From Octopus vulgaris (Eukaryota), in assembly GCA_951406725.2 (NCBI GenBank), contig OX597820.1, positions 102,114,001 through 102,178,000 of the forward strand: a DNA stretch of 64,000 bases. Reading direction: 5' to 3'. Below, one piece after another: positions 39,665 through 53,728 of the stretch (positions are counted from its first letter, which is position 1; every line of letters begins with the position of its first letter). A program made the translations under genes and the position numbers. The notes under the pieces are model-generated. The model worked only from the letters and a program-made list of their open reading frames with translations. It did no database searches and was not told the DNA's origin.

Positions 39665-40135
39665 TGGTCTCAAATTTTGGCACAAGGCCAGAAACTTTTG
39701 GGGAGGAGATAAGCTGATGACATCGACCACAGTGCTGAACTGGTACTTATTTTATCAACCCTGAAAGGTTGAAAGGCAAAGTCAACATCATAATCACCAT
39801 CACCATCATTGTTAAATGTCTGTTTTTCATGCTGGCATGAGTTGGACAGTCTAACATGGCGCTGGCTAGCAGAGAGCTGTTCAGACTCCAGTTGTCTGTT
39901 GTGGCATGGTTTCTATGGTTGGATGCTCTTCCTAGTGCCAACCACTTAAATGAGTGTGCTAGGTGCTTTTTATGTGCCACCAGCATGGATGTGTTTACAC
40001 AGCACCAGCATGAGCACAGCATCAGCACAGGTGCTTTTTAAGCAGCAGTGAAATTTGAACTCAGGATGTAAAGATGGATGAAATGCCACTAAGCATTTTT
40101 CCCGGTGTGTTAATGACTCTACCAGTTCACCTCCT
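39665..40135 (-). mobile_element. SINE family D interrupted by an RTE 3' tail (about 39787-40040)
   Basis: SINE halves GGCAAAGTCAAC ... CAGTGAAATTTGAACTC flank a (CAT)-rich tail and GGATGCTCTTCCTAGTGCCAACC. Confidence 0.7.
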
Positions 40136-40245
40136 TAGTGAAGTAGCGATATTAGCTAAATGAATATAGACTGTAAATAAAAGTATGCATACATATTAAT
40201 GTGAAAATATTAAAAAAAGAACGAATTAAAAAATCCTTATCTTAC

Positions 40246-40335
40246 CAAGTTCTTTAATGATATATATATTTAGATATATATATAGGTATAAATACTCACC
40301 TGCAAAGAAAGAAAAAGAAATATATAAATTAAAAT
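40246..40335 (-). promoter_or_regulatory. Candidate recursive splice site (3'ss/5'ss junction at 40300|40299) with 54-nt cryptic exon
   Basis: Minus strand TTTTAATTTATATATTTCTTTTTCTTTCTTTGCAG|GTGAGT; second donor TTG|GTAAGA at 40246|40245. Confidence 0.55.
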
Positions 40336-41574
40336 GAAATTATGATATTTATGTAGAATACATGAGAATTATTTATCATTTTAATAAGATATTAATGAAA
40401 TTAGGAAACATGTAGTAATTAATACATAAATAAAATATTGAAATCAATGTATCTTTTAAACTTTTTTAAGTGATATGTAAATTGAATAAATGAGTGAGGT
40501 GTACTGGAAAATAAAACAGTGATAAAAAACAAAACTATTCCAGACTTCTTAATCTGAAATATTTGTCTGATATAATTCCCTTTCTTTCACTTTTTATATT
40601 CTTTATCTTTTACTTGTTTCACTCATTAAACTGCCACCATGCTGGAGTAGTGCCTTGAAAAATTTTAGTGGAATAAATCAACTCTGGTACTTATTATTTA
40701 TTTGTAAAGCCTGGTATTTATTCTATCAGTCCCATTTGCTGAACTGCTAAGTTACAAGGATGTAAACACACCAACATCGGTTGTCAAGTGATGGTGGGGG
40801 GACAAACACAGACACAAAGACATGCACAAACACACATACACCCATACACACACATACATATACTAATCAAAATGTACAGTATTATATATCTATTACAGCT
40901 GATTTTACCAATTGTCTCTGCATGTGTATACATACATGCACACATACATACAAACTTACATATATACATACATATATACATACATACATAAACGCATGCA
41001 TACATACACACACACACTCATATATGTAGATATATCTATATACATAGGCATACATGTGCACACATAGTCATGTAGTCTTCAGTATATACTAAAAAATCCT
41101 TTTTTTAGTTCATTCACAGTTAAATTAGTTGAGTGTTAAAATTTACATCTGGAACATATTACAATAATTAATGCAGTGAGAATTAATTACAAATTGTCTT
41201 TAATTATATGATTAGATCAGACAAGCTGAAAATTAGAAAGCAAAGCAATTTAACTTTAGTAAAATGACAACATAGTCAGTTGTAAGAGATACTTAATTAC
41301 TAAGTTTATGATATGATAAAGTGTCTAGACTGGGTCAAAGAATCAAATATTCCAATTCTTAGAAACATTTTTTTATAGAATTGATTTATGATGAGCAAGT
41401 CATGATATTAAAGTGAAAATTTGATGCTTTTTTTTCTCTTCTGTTAATCATTACTTAAGGAAAATGGATGAAGGTGTTGAGCATTAAAAGTTCATGTGTT
41501 GAGTTCAAATTCTCTTAAAGTGCTCTGAATTTACTGATGAGGGCGATAGTAATGATAATGTCTGAGTAGTTATT

Positions 41575-42120
<546 letters not shown>

Positions 42121-42137
42121 TATTCTTCTTATTATTA

Positions 42138-42699
42138 TTCAGTGAGAGAGCAGTGCATGCCATCAAAGTGACACTGGGGTACAAATATATGAAGCCCAAT
42201 ATACCCATCATGACTAACCATTTGATAAGGGTGCACCAGTCACATGCATCACAATTATATGTGCACGACATGGTGATCTCATATCAAGATAAACAGCGCA
42301 TGACCTTGCAGGTGGAGCCTAGTTAGAATTTTCTTCTGGTCGAGTAACTCATCCTACTCAAAAGGTTCCTGAGTAAGGGTTTTTTAAGGATGTTGAACAA
42401 AACGCCCATATTTCCAGAGGTGAATTATTCAAACCCCAAAGAATTTCTTTCAACACATGGCTATGATGCTCCCCCACTACTTCTGCTCATGATCAGAGAT
42501 GCACATATCATCAGCCATCAAGCGACATGCTCAACTGGTTATGGTCAAGCAACTAACAAGCAAATCTGTGGTATTGAGCAGAATATTTGATGTAGCCCAT
42601 CTTTTATACCAAGACAAAACAATGTACATGATAACACTTCCAATCAGTTAAGATCAGAAGCCATGAGAGCCATTGCCTGATACTACATCAGGGCATTTA
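42138..42699 (-). mobile_element. Non-coding element family C (about 560 bp), longest copy, in (TAA)n
   Basis: Homologous to 47920-48343, 56981-57420 and 57458-57900; all flanked by (TAA)n. Confidence 0.8.
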
Positions 42700-42711
42700 T
42701 CATTATTATTA

Positions 42712-42795
<84 letters not shown>

Positions 42796-43494
42796 ATAGT
42801 AGTAAGGTAGCTAGCAGGCAGAATCATTAGCATGACATTCCTTCTGATTTTGTATTCAGAGTTCAAGTGCCACTAATGTTGATTTTGTTTTTCATCCTTT
42901 CGAGGTCAATAAAATAAGTACCAGTTGAGTACTGGGATCCATGTAATTGACTACCCTTCACACCAAATTTTAGGCCTTGTGAAGAAGAAAGAATTATAAT
43001 TATCAGTGAGGTGATTATGATAATCTGAGAATCTGGCTGAGGTGACAGCTTGTGTTGGTCAGCCACATGTCTCATGGTCATGGCAGAATTAGGAAGTATT
43101 GCATACGGATGGAAACTAACTGGGACATTGCTTGGAGGGTTGCCTAGGGTGACCCAAGTAAATATCAATAGATGGTGGATTCTGTAATGTACAGCAGTGG
43201 CAATGCCCCCATATCTGATCTGACCTGATTCTGATGGTGCTTTCATCATACTGATTCAGAATCTTAAAAAACAGAAAAGGAAATGATTTCATAGCTATGA
43301 AGAACCAAAAGAAAGACTGAACATCAGAATTTTAATTTGACTTTAATTAAAGAATTTTATGCTTAACTAGTATATAAAGGCTAGGAAACATAGAGTAGTT
43401 AAGATATATGATAACAAGACCATACGTTATTGCAGTTCGTGTTTGTAGTTTGATTGTGTTTCTTAGTGGGTCATTTTGTTCTACATTGCTTCAG

Positions 43495-43830
43495 TTTTTC
43501 ATGGACAGCGAGGCTCACCAATGGAGAAGTTCTTAAGCAGATCAGGCCGAAAATGTTGCTAGAAGCTAGGATCACCAAGCATAGATTGACATATTTCGGT
43601 CATATTATGCAGAGAAAATCCCTGGGGAAGGACATCATGCTCGGAATGGTCAGTGGTAAGAGAGGAAGAGGCCGACCAGGAATCCGCTGGCTTGACACCA
43701 TCAAGAGTGATACTGGAATGGATATAGCCAATCTGAAGGAAGCGGCCCGGGATAGAACTGACTGGAGGACACTGATCCAACGACTAACCGAGAGTCGACT
43801 TCGACTGAGAGGATAGATGGATGGATAGGG
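43495..43830 (+). pseudogene. 5'-truncated RTE/BovB-like LINE 3' end (second RTE family)
   Basis: WTARLTNGEVL..RLTYFGHIMQRKSLGKDIMLGMVSGKRGRGRPGIRWLDTI..DRTDWR, stop at 43816. Confidence 0.85.
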
Positions 43831-44709
43831 GAACAGGTTACCAAGCATTTTTAGGATAATTTCTGTGACACGCTAGCATTCCTTTAGGACTTTAGAATAG
43901 TGAAAGTGAAGAAAATCATATAGCTTTAGAAATAAAAATTTATAGAGAGATGCTTTGCATTCCATATACAGATAATTAAACTGGTGGAAAGCGTTAACAA
44001 AGAAATTGCTGGGAAGACTGCAAAGTACAAAACACTGCATCATTAATGCATTGGACAAAATGGTTAATGCCAGATAAAAATCAAGAAATACAAATGCTCA
44101 GAGGAGCAAGGACGGAAAAATACTTTGTTCCTTCAATCTTTCACTCATTTCTTTTCTTTAATTTAACTCATTTGTCAATTGTCAGGTTTATAAAGTTTTC
44201 ACTTAGCAAAGCAAAATAAATGAAGATATAAATAGGATAAATGTTTATAATTAGTACTGCTATGTATGGTGGCCAGCTGGCGCAATCATTAGAGTGTTTG
44301 AATAAATGCTTTTGTAGTTTTTGTAGCTGCTTTTCACCAGCAAAAGTCAACTTTACCTTTCATCCTTTTGTGGCAGACAAAATAAAGTACTTGTTGAGTA
44401 CTGGGGTTAATGCTACTAACTCTCTTCCCTAAAAATTGCTGGCCTTGTGACTATGTCAATAATGGGTTAAATGCCTTTAGCTTTTCAATCCTCAGGGGTT
44501 GATAAAATACAATACCAATCTGGTATTGGGTTGACAGTAACAACTAACCCCATCACCTCAAAACTGCTGGCTTTGCACCTAAATCAGGGATTATTTTAAA
44601 ATCAAAATCCATTAGTACTGCTACATGGCAAAAAACTGATACTTTGGGTTTCCATGTGACTCATTTCTAGCAATGGTACTTCTCAGTTGATATAATGAAG
44701 AAACTAATA

Positions 44710-45293
44710 TTGGTTTCAAACTTTGGCACAAAGCCACTAGGTTCAGGGAAGTGGGTAAGTTGACTACATTGATCCCACTGATCAACTGGTACTTATTTTG
44801 ATAATCCCAAAAGGATGAAAGGCAATGTCAACCTAGGTGGGATTTGAACTTAGAACAATTCTGCCAGCTCACCACTTTAATGTTAATAAAGAGACTAATA
44901 TATCTGAATTCAGTTGTTGGTTTTACATTTTGGCACAAGGTCAACAATTTCAGGGTATTCAATTGGTATTTGTTTTACTGACTTGGCATTGGAACTCAGA
45001 ATTTGAAGATGGACAAAATGCTGCAAAGTATTTCACCCAACATTGCTAACAACACTGCCAGCTTACCACCTTATATATTGGTTTCAAATTTTGGCACAAG
45101 ACCAAGAAGTTTGGGGGAGGGGATTAAATCAAATACATCGATCTCAGTGATCAAGTGGCATTTATTTTATTGACCTCTTAAGGATGAAAGGCAAAGTTAA
45201 CTTTGATAGAATTTGAACTCGGAATGTAAAGACGGATGAAATGCCACTAGGCATTTTTCCTGGCATACAAATGATTCTGCCAGCTTACCACCT
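44710..45293 (-). mobile_element. Tandem cluster of SINE family D copies
   Basis: About three head-to-tail copies of GGTTTCAAATTTTGGCACAAG...CTGCCAGCT. Confidence 0.75.
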
Positions 45294-45587
45294 CAATGAA
45301 GAAACTATTACATCTAAATTCATATATTGCTCATTAGACATACAAGGTTACATGTGTCAGAGCAAATGTTTAGACATGAGTGAACACATTTATTATTATA
45401 CATGTATAGTGAAACAAAGTATGACAGTTTGTTATGCATCATAACTAAACTAATATGTTCTCTTATGGAACATTTGTAATTCAATGATGCACCTGCATTA
45501 TTGCTGAGTGTCTATTAACTACAGATACTTACACACGTGCATACATGCAATCATTTAGCATACACACAATCAGAGAGAAATACCACA

Positions 45588-45661
<74 letters not shown>

Positions 45662-45855
45662 GACATCACACACAAAACTAAATGGCAAAAAATAAAAACA
45701 GGAAACAGAAAATAGCTGATAGAAATAAAACAAGGTGTTTCATAAACAAGGCTGTATTGAAATAAAATTTATACTTGAAAATCTGATGTGCTCACGTAAC
45801 ATATAACATAATCATAAACTCTGATTTACTGGGAAGTGTATTTCTTGTACATAAC

Positions 45856-45936
<81 letters not shown>

Positions 45937-46629
45937 AATGGTTTTAAATTTTGCTACAAGGGCAGCCATTTTGGGGGAAGGAATGTGATGATCACATTGA
46001 CCTCAGTGTTCGATTGGCACTTAATTTATCGACCCCAAAAGGATGAAGGACAAAGTCAACTTTGGTGGAATTTGAACTCAGAACATAGCGATGGGTGAAA
46101 TACGAATGATAATAACAACAACACCACATACTATCCAAAAAAGACCTGCTAGGAACAGCCTACATCCTATGCATGACATTTTCAATTCAACAATACAACC
46201 TAAACAAAACAAACCACGAACACTGACTCCTGACCTTGAAAGCTTCTGTCAAACTGTCCAACCCATGCAAGCATGGAAAACGGACATTGAATGAGGGTGA
46301 TGATGATGGTGTGTGTGTGTGTGTGTGTGCACGCGTGTGTGTATACACATATATATATATTCTTTTATTCTTTCATTTCAGTCATTTGACTGTAGCCATG
46401 CTGGAGCACCATCTTGAAGGGTTTTAGTCAGACAAGTTGACTCCGGGACTTCTTATTTTTCCTTTTTTAAGCCTCTTTTGATGAGCTGCTAAGTTTCACG
46501 GACATTAATACAGCAACACTGGTTGTTAAGAGGGGACAAACCCAGATACAAGGACACATACATGTATACATATATTTATACATACATACATACATACATA
46601 CATACATACATACATCCATACATACATAC

Positions 46630-46688
<59 letters not shown>

Positions 46689-46692
46689 CATA

Positions 46693-46868
46693 TATGGAAA
46701 AAAAAGTCAAGATAGAAAATGCTAAAATAATTTTATAAAAAACATTTCAGTACCGGTTTTAGTCATTGAGACTTTTTCAACTGTAACAATTAAATAATTA
46801 AATTTAGAAAAATTAAAAGAAAAGTTTTTTTAAAAGAATATTTGTATAGTGTTCAAATACAAGTGGCA
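46693..46868 (-). mobile_element. Hammerhead-bearing short element (copy 2, G12A) nested inside a family A SINE
   Basis: Reverse complement of 53536-53710; SINE A halves at about 46362-46560 and 46892-47050. Confidence 0.7.
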
Positions 46869-47048
46869 TATATACATATATATATATATATGATGGGCTT
46901 CCAGTTTCCATCTACCAAATCCATTTACAAGGCTTTCATTGGCCTGAGGCCATTGTAGAAGACACTTGCCCAAAGTGCCATGCAGTGGGACTGAAACAAG
47001 AACCATATGGTTGAGAAGCAAGCTTCTAACCATACAGCCACACCTGTG

Positions 47049-47082
<34 letters not shown>

Positions 47083-47867
47083 TGTATGTACATGTGTATC
47101 TGTGTTTATCTCCTAACCACTTGACAGCCAGTATAGGTTTGTTTCCATCCCCATAACTTAGCAGTTATAGGGATAGAAATAATATCAGACTTTAAAAAAA
47201 TAAAAGAAAAAAACACTAGGCTCAATTTGATTGACTAAAAACCTCAAGGTGGTGCCCCAGTGTGCTGCAATCCAATGACTTAAACAAGAGAGTAAGAACA
47301 TAAAGTTCACCTATTTCAAATGCTGTTAGCTTTCTTCAATTAGAAGAAATCTGTATGAAAATATTGCAGCACAATACATTTTCAGATTAGAGAAGATATG
47401 ATAATAACAGTGCCAGTTGTGAATATATTTTTGTGTGTGACAATGGCTGAAGTGATTAATCGATATTGAGAGTTTGCTGGCAATAAAACAACTATGTTTC
47501 TAAGGTTACATGCGATACCTCGAGTGTACATAAATCAGATCTATACACATAACAGTGAAAGTAATAATAACAACAACAACAGCAGCAATAATAATAATGG
47601 TAGTAATAATAAAAATAATCCTTTCTGCTAGAGACACAAGGTTTGAAATTTTGGGGGAGCGGACTAGTCGATTACATTGACCCCAGTGTTTCACTGGTAC
47701 TTTAATTTATCAACTCCAAAAGGATGAAAAGCAAAGTCAACCTCAGTGGAATTTGAACTCGGAATGTAGCAGCAGGTGAAATACTGCTAAGCATTTCGCC
47801 CGGCATGCTAACAATTCTACTAGGTTGCCTCCCTAATAATAATAACAACAACAACAACAACAACAAC

Positions 47868-47918
<51 letters not shown>

Positions 47919-47919
47919 T

Positions 47920-48341
47920 CTCAATACCACAGATTTGCTTGTCAGTTGTTTGACCGTAACCAGTTGGCTGACGATATGTGCATCTCTGATCACAAGCAGA
48001 AGTAGTAGGGGAGCATCATAGCCATGTGTTGAGAGGGATTCTTTGGGGTTTCAATAATTCACCTCTGGAAACATGGGTGTTTCGTTCAACATCCTTAAAC
48101 AACGCTTATATAGGGACCTTTTGAGCGGGATGGGTTACTCGACCAGAAGAAAATTCTAACTGGGCCCCACCTGCAAAGTCATGTGCTGTTTATCTTGATA
48201 TGAGATCACCATGTCGCGTACATATGGTTGTGATACATGTGCCTGGTGCACCCTTATCAGACAGGTAGTCATGAAGGTTATACTGGGCTTCGTATATTTT
48301 ACCCCAGTGTCACATTGATGGCATGCACTGCACTCTCACTC

Positions 48342-48343
<2 letters not shown>
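47920..48343 (+). mobile_element. Family C element, 5'-truncated
   Basis: CTCAATACCACAG...CTCACTCAA then (TAA)n. Confidence 0.8.
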
Positions 48344-48401
<58 letters not shown>

Positions 48402-48609
48402 AAGAAGAAAATTGGTTTCCAATTTTTCCACAAGGGCAGCCATTTCAGGGAGGGGATAAGTCAATTACACTAACCCCAGTGTTTCACTGGTACTTAATTT
48501 ATTGACTCTGAAAGGATGAAAGGAAAAATCAGGCTCAGAATGTAGCGGCAGACAAGATACCGCTAAGCATTTCGCCTGGTGTGCTAATAATTCTGCCAGC
48601 TTGCCTCCC

Positions 48610-48655
<46 letters not shown>

Positions 48656-48669
48656 TATTATTATGATTA

Positions 48670-48719
<50 letters not shown>

Positions 48720-49024
48720 TTAAAATGATTCTGTAAAGTGCAAAAAACATGAGGCATCAAACAATGCATTAAAAGTAGGTAAAACTTAAATTTTAAATAA
48801 AATGTTTTACTACACTGAAGATGTTAATTATAATATATCCATCATATAATAATCTTAATAGGAAATTCTAATATACAATTCCGTATATTTACAGGGTAAA
48901 TTTGAAATATTATTAAGTTACTACATAAATCCAAAATTATAAGTACAAGCGTGCACACACACACACACACAAAACACACACACACACACACATGCATGCA
49001 CTCACACATCCACATATATGTATG

Positions 49025-49056
<32 letters not shown>

Positions 49057-49339
49057 CACACAAGCACACATACATATATGTATACATACACACATACATA
49101 CATGCATACATATATATATATGTATATGTATGTATGTATGTATGTGTGTATGTATGTATGTATGTATGTATATATCTGCCTATATTGGCCTAAACACTTA
49201 AACTTTTGTAAATAGTTTTTTGTTTCAGTACATCTGACCACTGTATACGATAAATTCATTCATCTATAACTGATCAATGTCTAGTGATTGACTTGCACTT
49301 TTAGTCTGTATTAGGAAACCAATAACAAGAGAATATCAT

Positions 49340-49375
49340 ACACACATACACTCACACATATATACATATATATAT

Positions 49376-49472
<97 letters not shown>

Positions 49473-49521
49473 CATACATACATATATATATATATATACA
49501 TACATACATATATATATATAT

Positions 49522-49552
<31 letters not shown>

Positions 49553-49609
49553 CATACATACATACATATATATATATATATACATACATACATATATATA
49601 TATATATAC

Positions 49610-49640
<31 letters not shown>

Positions 49641-49689
49641 CATACATACATACATATATATATACATACATACATACATATATATATAC

Positions 49690-49720
<31 letters not shown>

Positions 49721-49745
49721 CATACATACATACATATATATATAT

Positions 49746-49819
<74 letters not shown>

Positions 49820-49820
49820 T
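49340..49820. repeat. Compound (TA)n/(TACA)n higher-order microsatellite
   Basis: Directly visible. Confidence 0.9.
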
Positions 49821-50379
49821 TATCAACATCATCGTTTAATGCCAATTTTCCATGCTGGGACATATTTATATATATATATGTATATGTGTATGTGTTTGTG
49901 TATAATATAATATATATATATTATATATATACTATATATTATATATATATACTATATATACACAGGCTATGATTGGTAAATTGTTGCCATTTTACATTTC
50001 TAATTTTGTGCATGCACATTGCTTGTTTTTGATATGTGGAACTGTATGTTTCCTTGGATAAGTGTCTTCTACTAGAGCCTCAGGCCAACCAAAGCCTTGT
50101 GGGTGTATTTTGTTGATGGGAATTGAAAGAATTTTATCATAAATATATATATATATTACGTGTGTGTGTGTGTGCCTTTGTGTGTGTATTTCTCCCACTA
50201 CCACTACTTGGCAACTGGTGGTGGTGTGTTTACAATCCTGTAACCTAGCAGTTTGGCAACAGAGACAAATGGAATAAGTACCAGGCTTTGAAAAGATAAG
50301 TATTATAAAATACAAAATGCAAAGATATATCTTGATATCGCTAGTGATAACAATACTTAAAATATATAACAGACTGGAA

Positions 50380-51170
50380 TTGTAGGCTCGTCTCTTGCAA
50401 TTTCGATCAATTGTATCTTGTCCTCCCTCTTGTATAGAAGTGTGGCTACAATCCAGCCTACCTCTGCTTCTGGGGCGGGACATTTTTAATTTTTATCCGG
50501 GACGTCCTACGTCCTAGATATAAAGGTAAAAATAAAATATTTCCACTTTGCAAGGTTCGAGTCGAGTACTCCCTTGCACGCTCCGTTGACTTGAACCTTG
50601 CTTCTATTGTGGCGAATTTACCGCCTCTGGTTAGATATCTTTCATAGTCACTCTAAGACGCTTTTCGATGGTGCTTTCTTCCAGGTGTTCAAATCTTTTT
50701 TTGTTCTGTATATTGTATACTTTATAGACAATAGTCTTTTCTTTAATTTAATTTTTATTTCATTTGGTGATGTTATCCTAGATTCACCGACTTTGTCAGT
50801 GATCAATCCGTATTTCTTCCATTTTAATTTCAATGAGTTCGTGCCCGCCGACGGCTGCAGCGAAATTCAGTTTTGGACTTTCTTCTATCGAAGGCATTCT
50901 AACAAAAATGCTTCCGTGTAAACGGTGAAAATATTGTCAATTTCCCCAAACAGGGACACAATTCAATTTTTAAACAATAACCAAAGCTCCTTCTCCCAAA
51001 GGGGGAGGGTTACAGTTTACAATTATTTAACAAATGCAACACAACAATGTTTCCTTTATGAGGAACCAACAAACGTGATAACAATAGTTAAACAGTAATA
51101 ATAATAACAACAAACCTTACGATGAGTCAGAAAGCAGTAAGCAGTTGAAGCTTTAGTCCTTTATGTATAA
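50380..51170 (-). pseudogene. Possible LINE 5' region / ORF1-like remnant
   Basis: CpG-richer segment; broken minus frames TIVYKVYNIQNKKRFEHLEESTIEKRL and GNILFLPLYLGRRTSRIKIKNVPP resemble ORF1 of non-LTR elements. Confidence 0.35.
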
Positions 51171-51587
51171 GAAATAAACCAACAGCAGTATTCTGTAGGA
51201 GCGGCTGTTCGAGAAAACAGATATTACATACAGCCAAACTTCATATAGATACCTAATGCTAGCTAATTAGCAGATAATCTAATGTAAAAGCACAGCTCCA
51301 TCTGGACTATTCCATTTCTGCACGCTAATTTTATTTTTAATTTATTCCCATTCATGTGAAACCACTTATTCAAGTTCAAGTCATTGATGCAATTTTATAC
51401 CAATTGCTATTTTTACTTTTGTTATGTTACGATTATATTATACTTTAGTTTGATTTTAATTATTACTTACTACATATAATTCAATTGTTATTATTATTTT
51501 TATTGCTAAAGTGAAAGCATTTGACATAAAATAGAGAAATGTTTTTGTTTCACTTTTAACATGTAATACTGAAATAGTGGAGAAGAT

Positions 51588-52000
51588 ATGATATTGCTAT
51601 GGGCTCGCTCTAGGCAAGAAGTTGAACAGAATAGGTCCCTAGAGCAGTGGAAGAATGTTATTTTCTTAGACGAGACATTCTTTACCTTATTTCCAACCAC
51701 CGGCCGAGTATATGTATGGAGACAGCCAAAAGAAGCATTTGACCCATGCTGCCTTCTTCCAACTGTTAAACACAGAAGAGGATCTTTGATGATCTGGAAA
51801 TCCACCAGCCCAATGGTTTCCCTTCATGGCAGAATTAGTAATCAAGTTGATTTAAGCATTTTATCTGATCAAATTCATCTTATGCCTGCAGAACTGTTTC
51901 CGAAGGGAAACGCAATCTTCAGGATGATAATGCACCAATTCACACAGCTAAAGTTGTTACTGAATGGCACAAAGAACATTCTATCAACGAAGCATTTGGT
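51588..52000 (+). pseudogene. Tc1-family transposase fragment
   Basis: EQWKNVIFLDETFF..RVYVWRQPKEAFDPCCLLPTVKHRRGSLMIW; QDDNAPIH in a shifted frame. Confidence 0.85.
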
Positions 52001-52009
52001 GAGAAAATA

Positions 52010-52968
52010 ACCAGTGAGTGGTCAGCTTGAAAATGGTTTTGCAGTGGAGACCTGAGCCTTAAAAATCATGAGCATAGTGGATGCCCATCAACCATCAATG
52101 ATGGTCAATTAAAGACTGTCATTGAGAAAGAGCTATGTAAAACCACTCAAGAACTGGCAAAAGAACTTCAAGTTAGCCAGAAAACTACCTGCAACCATTT
52201 GCATGCGATCAAAAAATCAAAAAGGTTTGACAAATGGGTAGTACACGATTTGAATACAGAAATTTGCTTGTTGCTTTTTCTCCATAACCTGACAAATTCG
52301 TTTCTTGACAGTATTGTAACTTGTGATAAAAATTGGATTCTGTATAATAATAAAAAACATTCTTAGCAGTGGTTGGACCAAAATGAAGCACCGAAAACCT
52401 TCCATAAAGCTGAGCTCTTCAAAAACAAGGTTATGGTTAATGTTTGGTGGTGTACTCTTGGACCCTTCCACTATAACTTCTTAAAACCCAGAAAAACCAT
52501 TACTGCAGAAACATATTGTCATGAAATTGCCAAAATGAACAGAAAACTGCGAGTCCTCCATCCCACACAAGTCAATAGAAGAAGGTCGATAATTTTTCAC
52601 GACAATGCTCGACCATACGTATCACTAATGATACTCCAGAAGTTGAGAGAACTTGTCTGCGAAGTTCTTCACCCAGCTTATATCCCAGACCTTTCTCCTA
52701 CTGACTGCCACTTTTACAAGCACCTTGATGGTTTCATGCAAGAGAAGGAGTTCAAAAATCAAACTGATGCTGAAAGTGCATTCTAAGAGTTCATCAGCTC
52801 CAGAACTCTAGATTTCTATGTTACCAGAATAAACAAACTTGTAACTCATTGGCAAAAATGTGTTGATTGTAATGGTACTTACTTTGATGTATAAAATTTC
52901 CACATTGTTGAAATATATTGTCATGAATTTCATGTGTCAAAACGTTGCTTACATTTTACTCAGCCTGA
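52010..52968 (+). pseudogene. Mariner (DD34D) transposase remnant with 3' TIR
   Basis: DKWVVHDL, IVTCDKNWILYNN, HDNARPY, HPAYIPDLSPTD, WQKCVDCNGTYFD; ends TTACTCAGCCTGA|TA. Confidence 0.85.
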
Positions 52969-53535
52969 TATATACACACATATATATTTTTTTTATATTC
53001 ACCACCCGAATACATCTTTGCCTCTATACATTCAGTGAAGCTTTACCCAGTGTCCAACGATTATCAACTGCTATTGCCAGCATAAATTGGCATCTTGCTG
53101 TGCCACTATTTCCTATTTATAATTATACCTTTATGGTGCTTTATTTCACTGGAAAATGATACTATTGTATTGTAATAATATTTGTAATATATATATATAT
53201 ATAACACCTACACAAATTCTATAAACAAAACATTCAAAAGAAATATTTTCATGAATTGAACAGCGACTGCTACCATCCACTGTTGGTCATTAGCTAACCA
53301 TTCAACATACTACTGTCACAGCACTCACACATTCTTCTTTTCCTCCTCCTCCTCCACTTCCTCCTCCTCTTCTTCTTCTTCCTCCTCTTCTTCTTCTTCT
53401 TCCTCCTCCTCCTCTTCTTCTTCCTCCTCCTCCTCCTCCTCCTCCTTTTTCTTCTTCTTCCCAACCAAGAATTCAGAAGGAGCTTGAATCCACAAGAGTA
53501 AACAAGAGACACAGAGATAGGCAGAAACAAGGAAA

Positions 53536-53710
53536 ATGCCAATTGTATTTGAACTCTATACAAATATTCTTTTAAAAAAACTTTTCTTTTAATTTTTCTA
53601 AATTTAATTATTTAATTGTTACAGTTGAAAAAGTCTCAATGACTGAAACCGGTACTGAAATGTTTTTTATAAAATTATTTTAGCATTTTCTATCTTTACT
53701 TTTTTTCCAT
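53536..53710 (+). mobile_element. Short AT-rich element carrying an intact minimal hammerhead
   Basis: Second copy at 46693-46868; 3' end runs into (TA)n. Confidence 0.7.
53619..53660 (+). ncRNA. Minimal type I hammerhead ribozyme, U3-A8 variant
   Basis: CAG-UUGAAAA-AGUC ucaau GACU-GAA-ACCGGU-A-CUG; stem II 4 bp, palindromic stem III, GUA cleavage triplet. Confidence 0.6.
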
Positions 53711-53728
53711 ATATATATATATATATAT

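Noticed and set aside
50381-51014. Solo LTR (TGTA...TACA ends, purine tract)
   Set aside because: No target-site duplication (GGAAT versus GTTTA); content reads better as a decayed ORF
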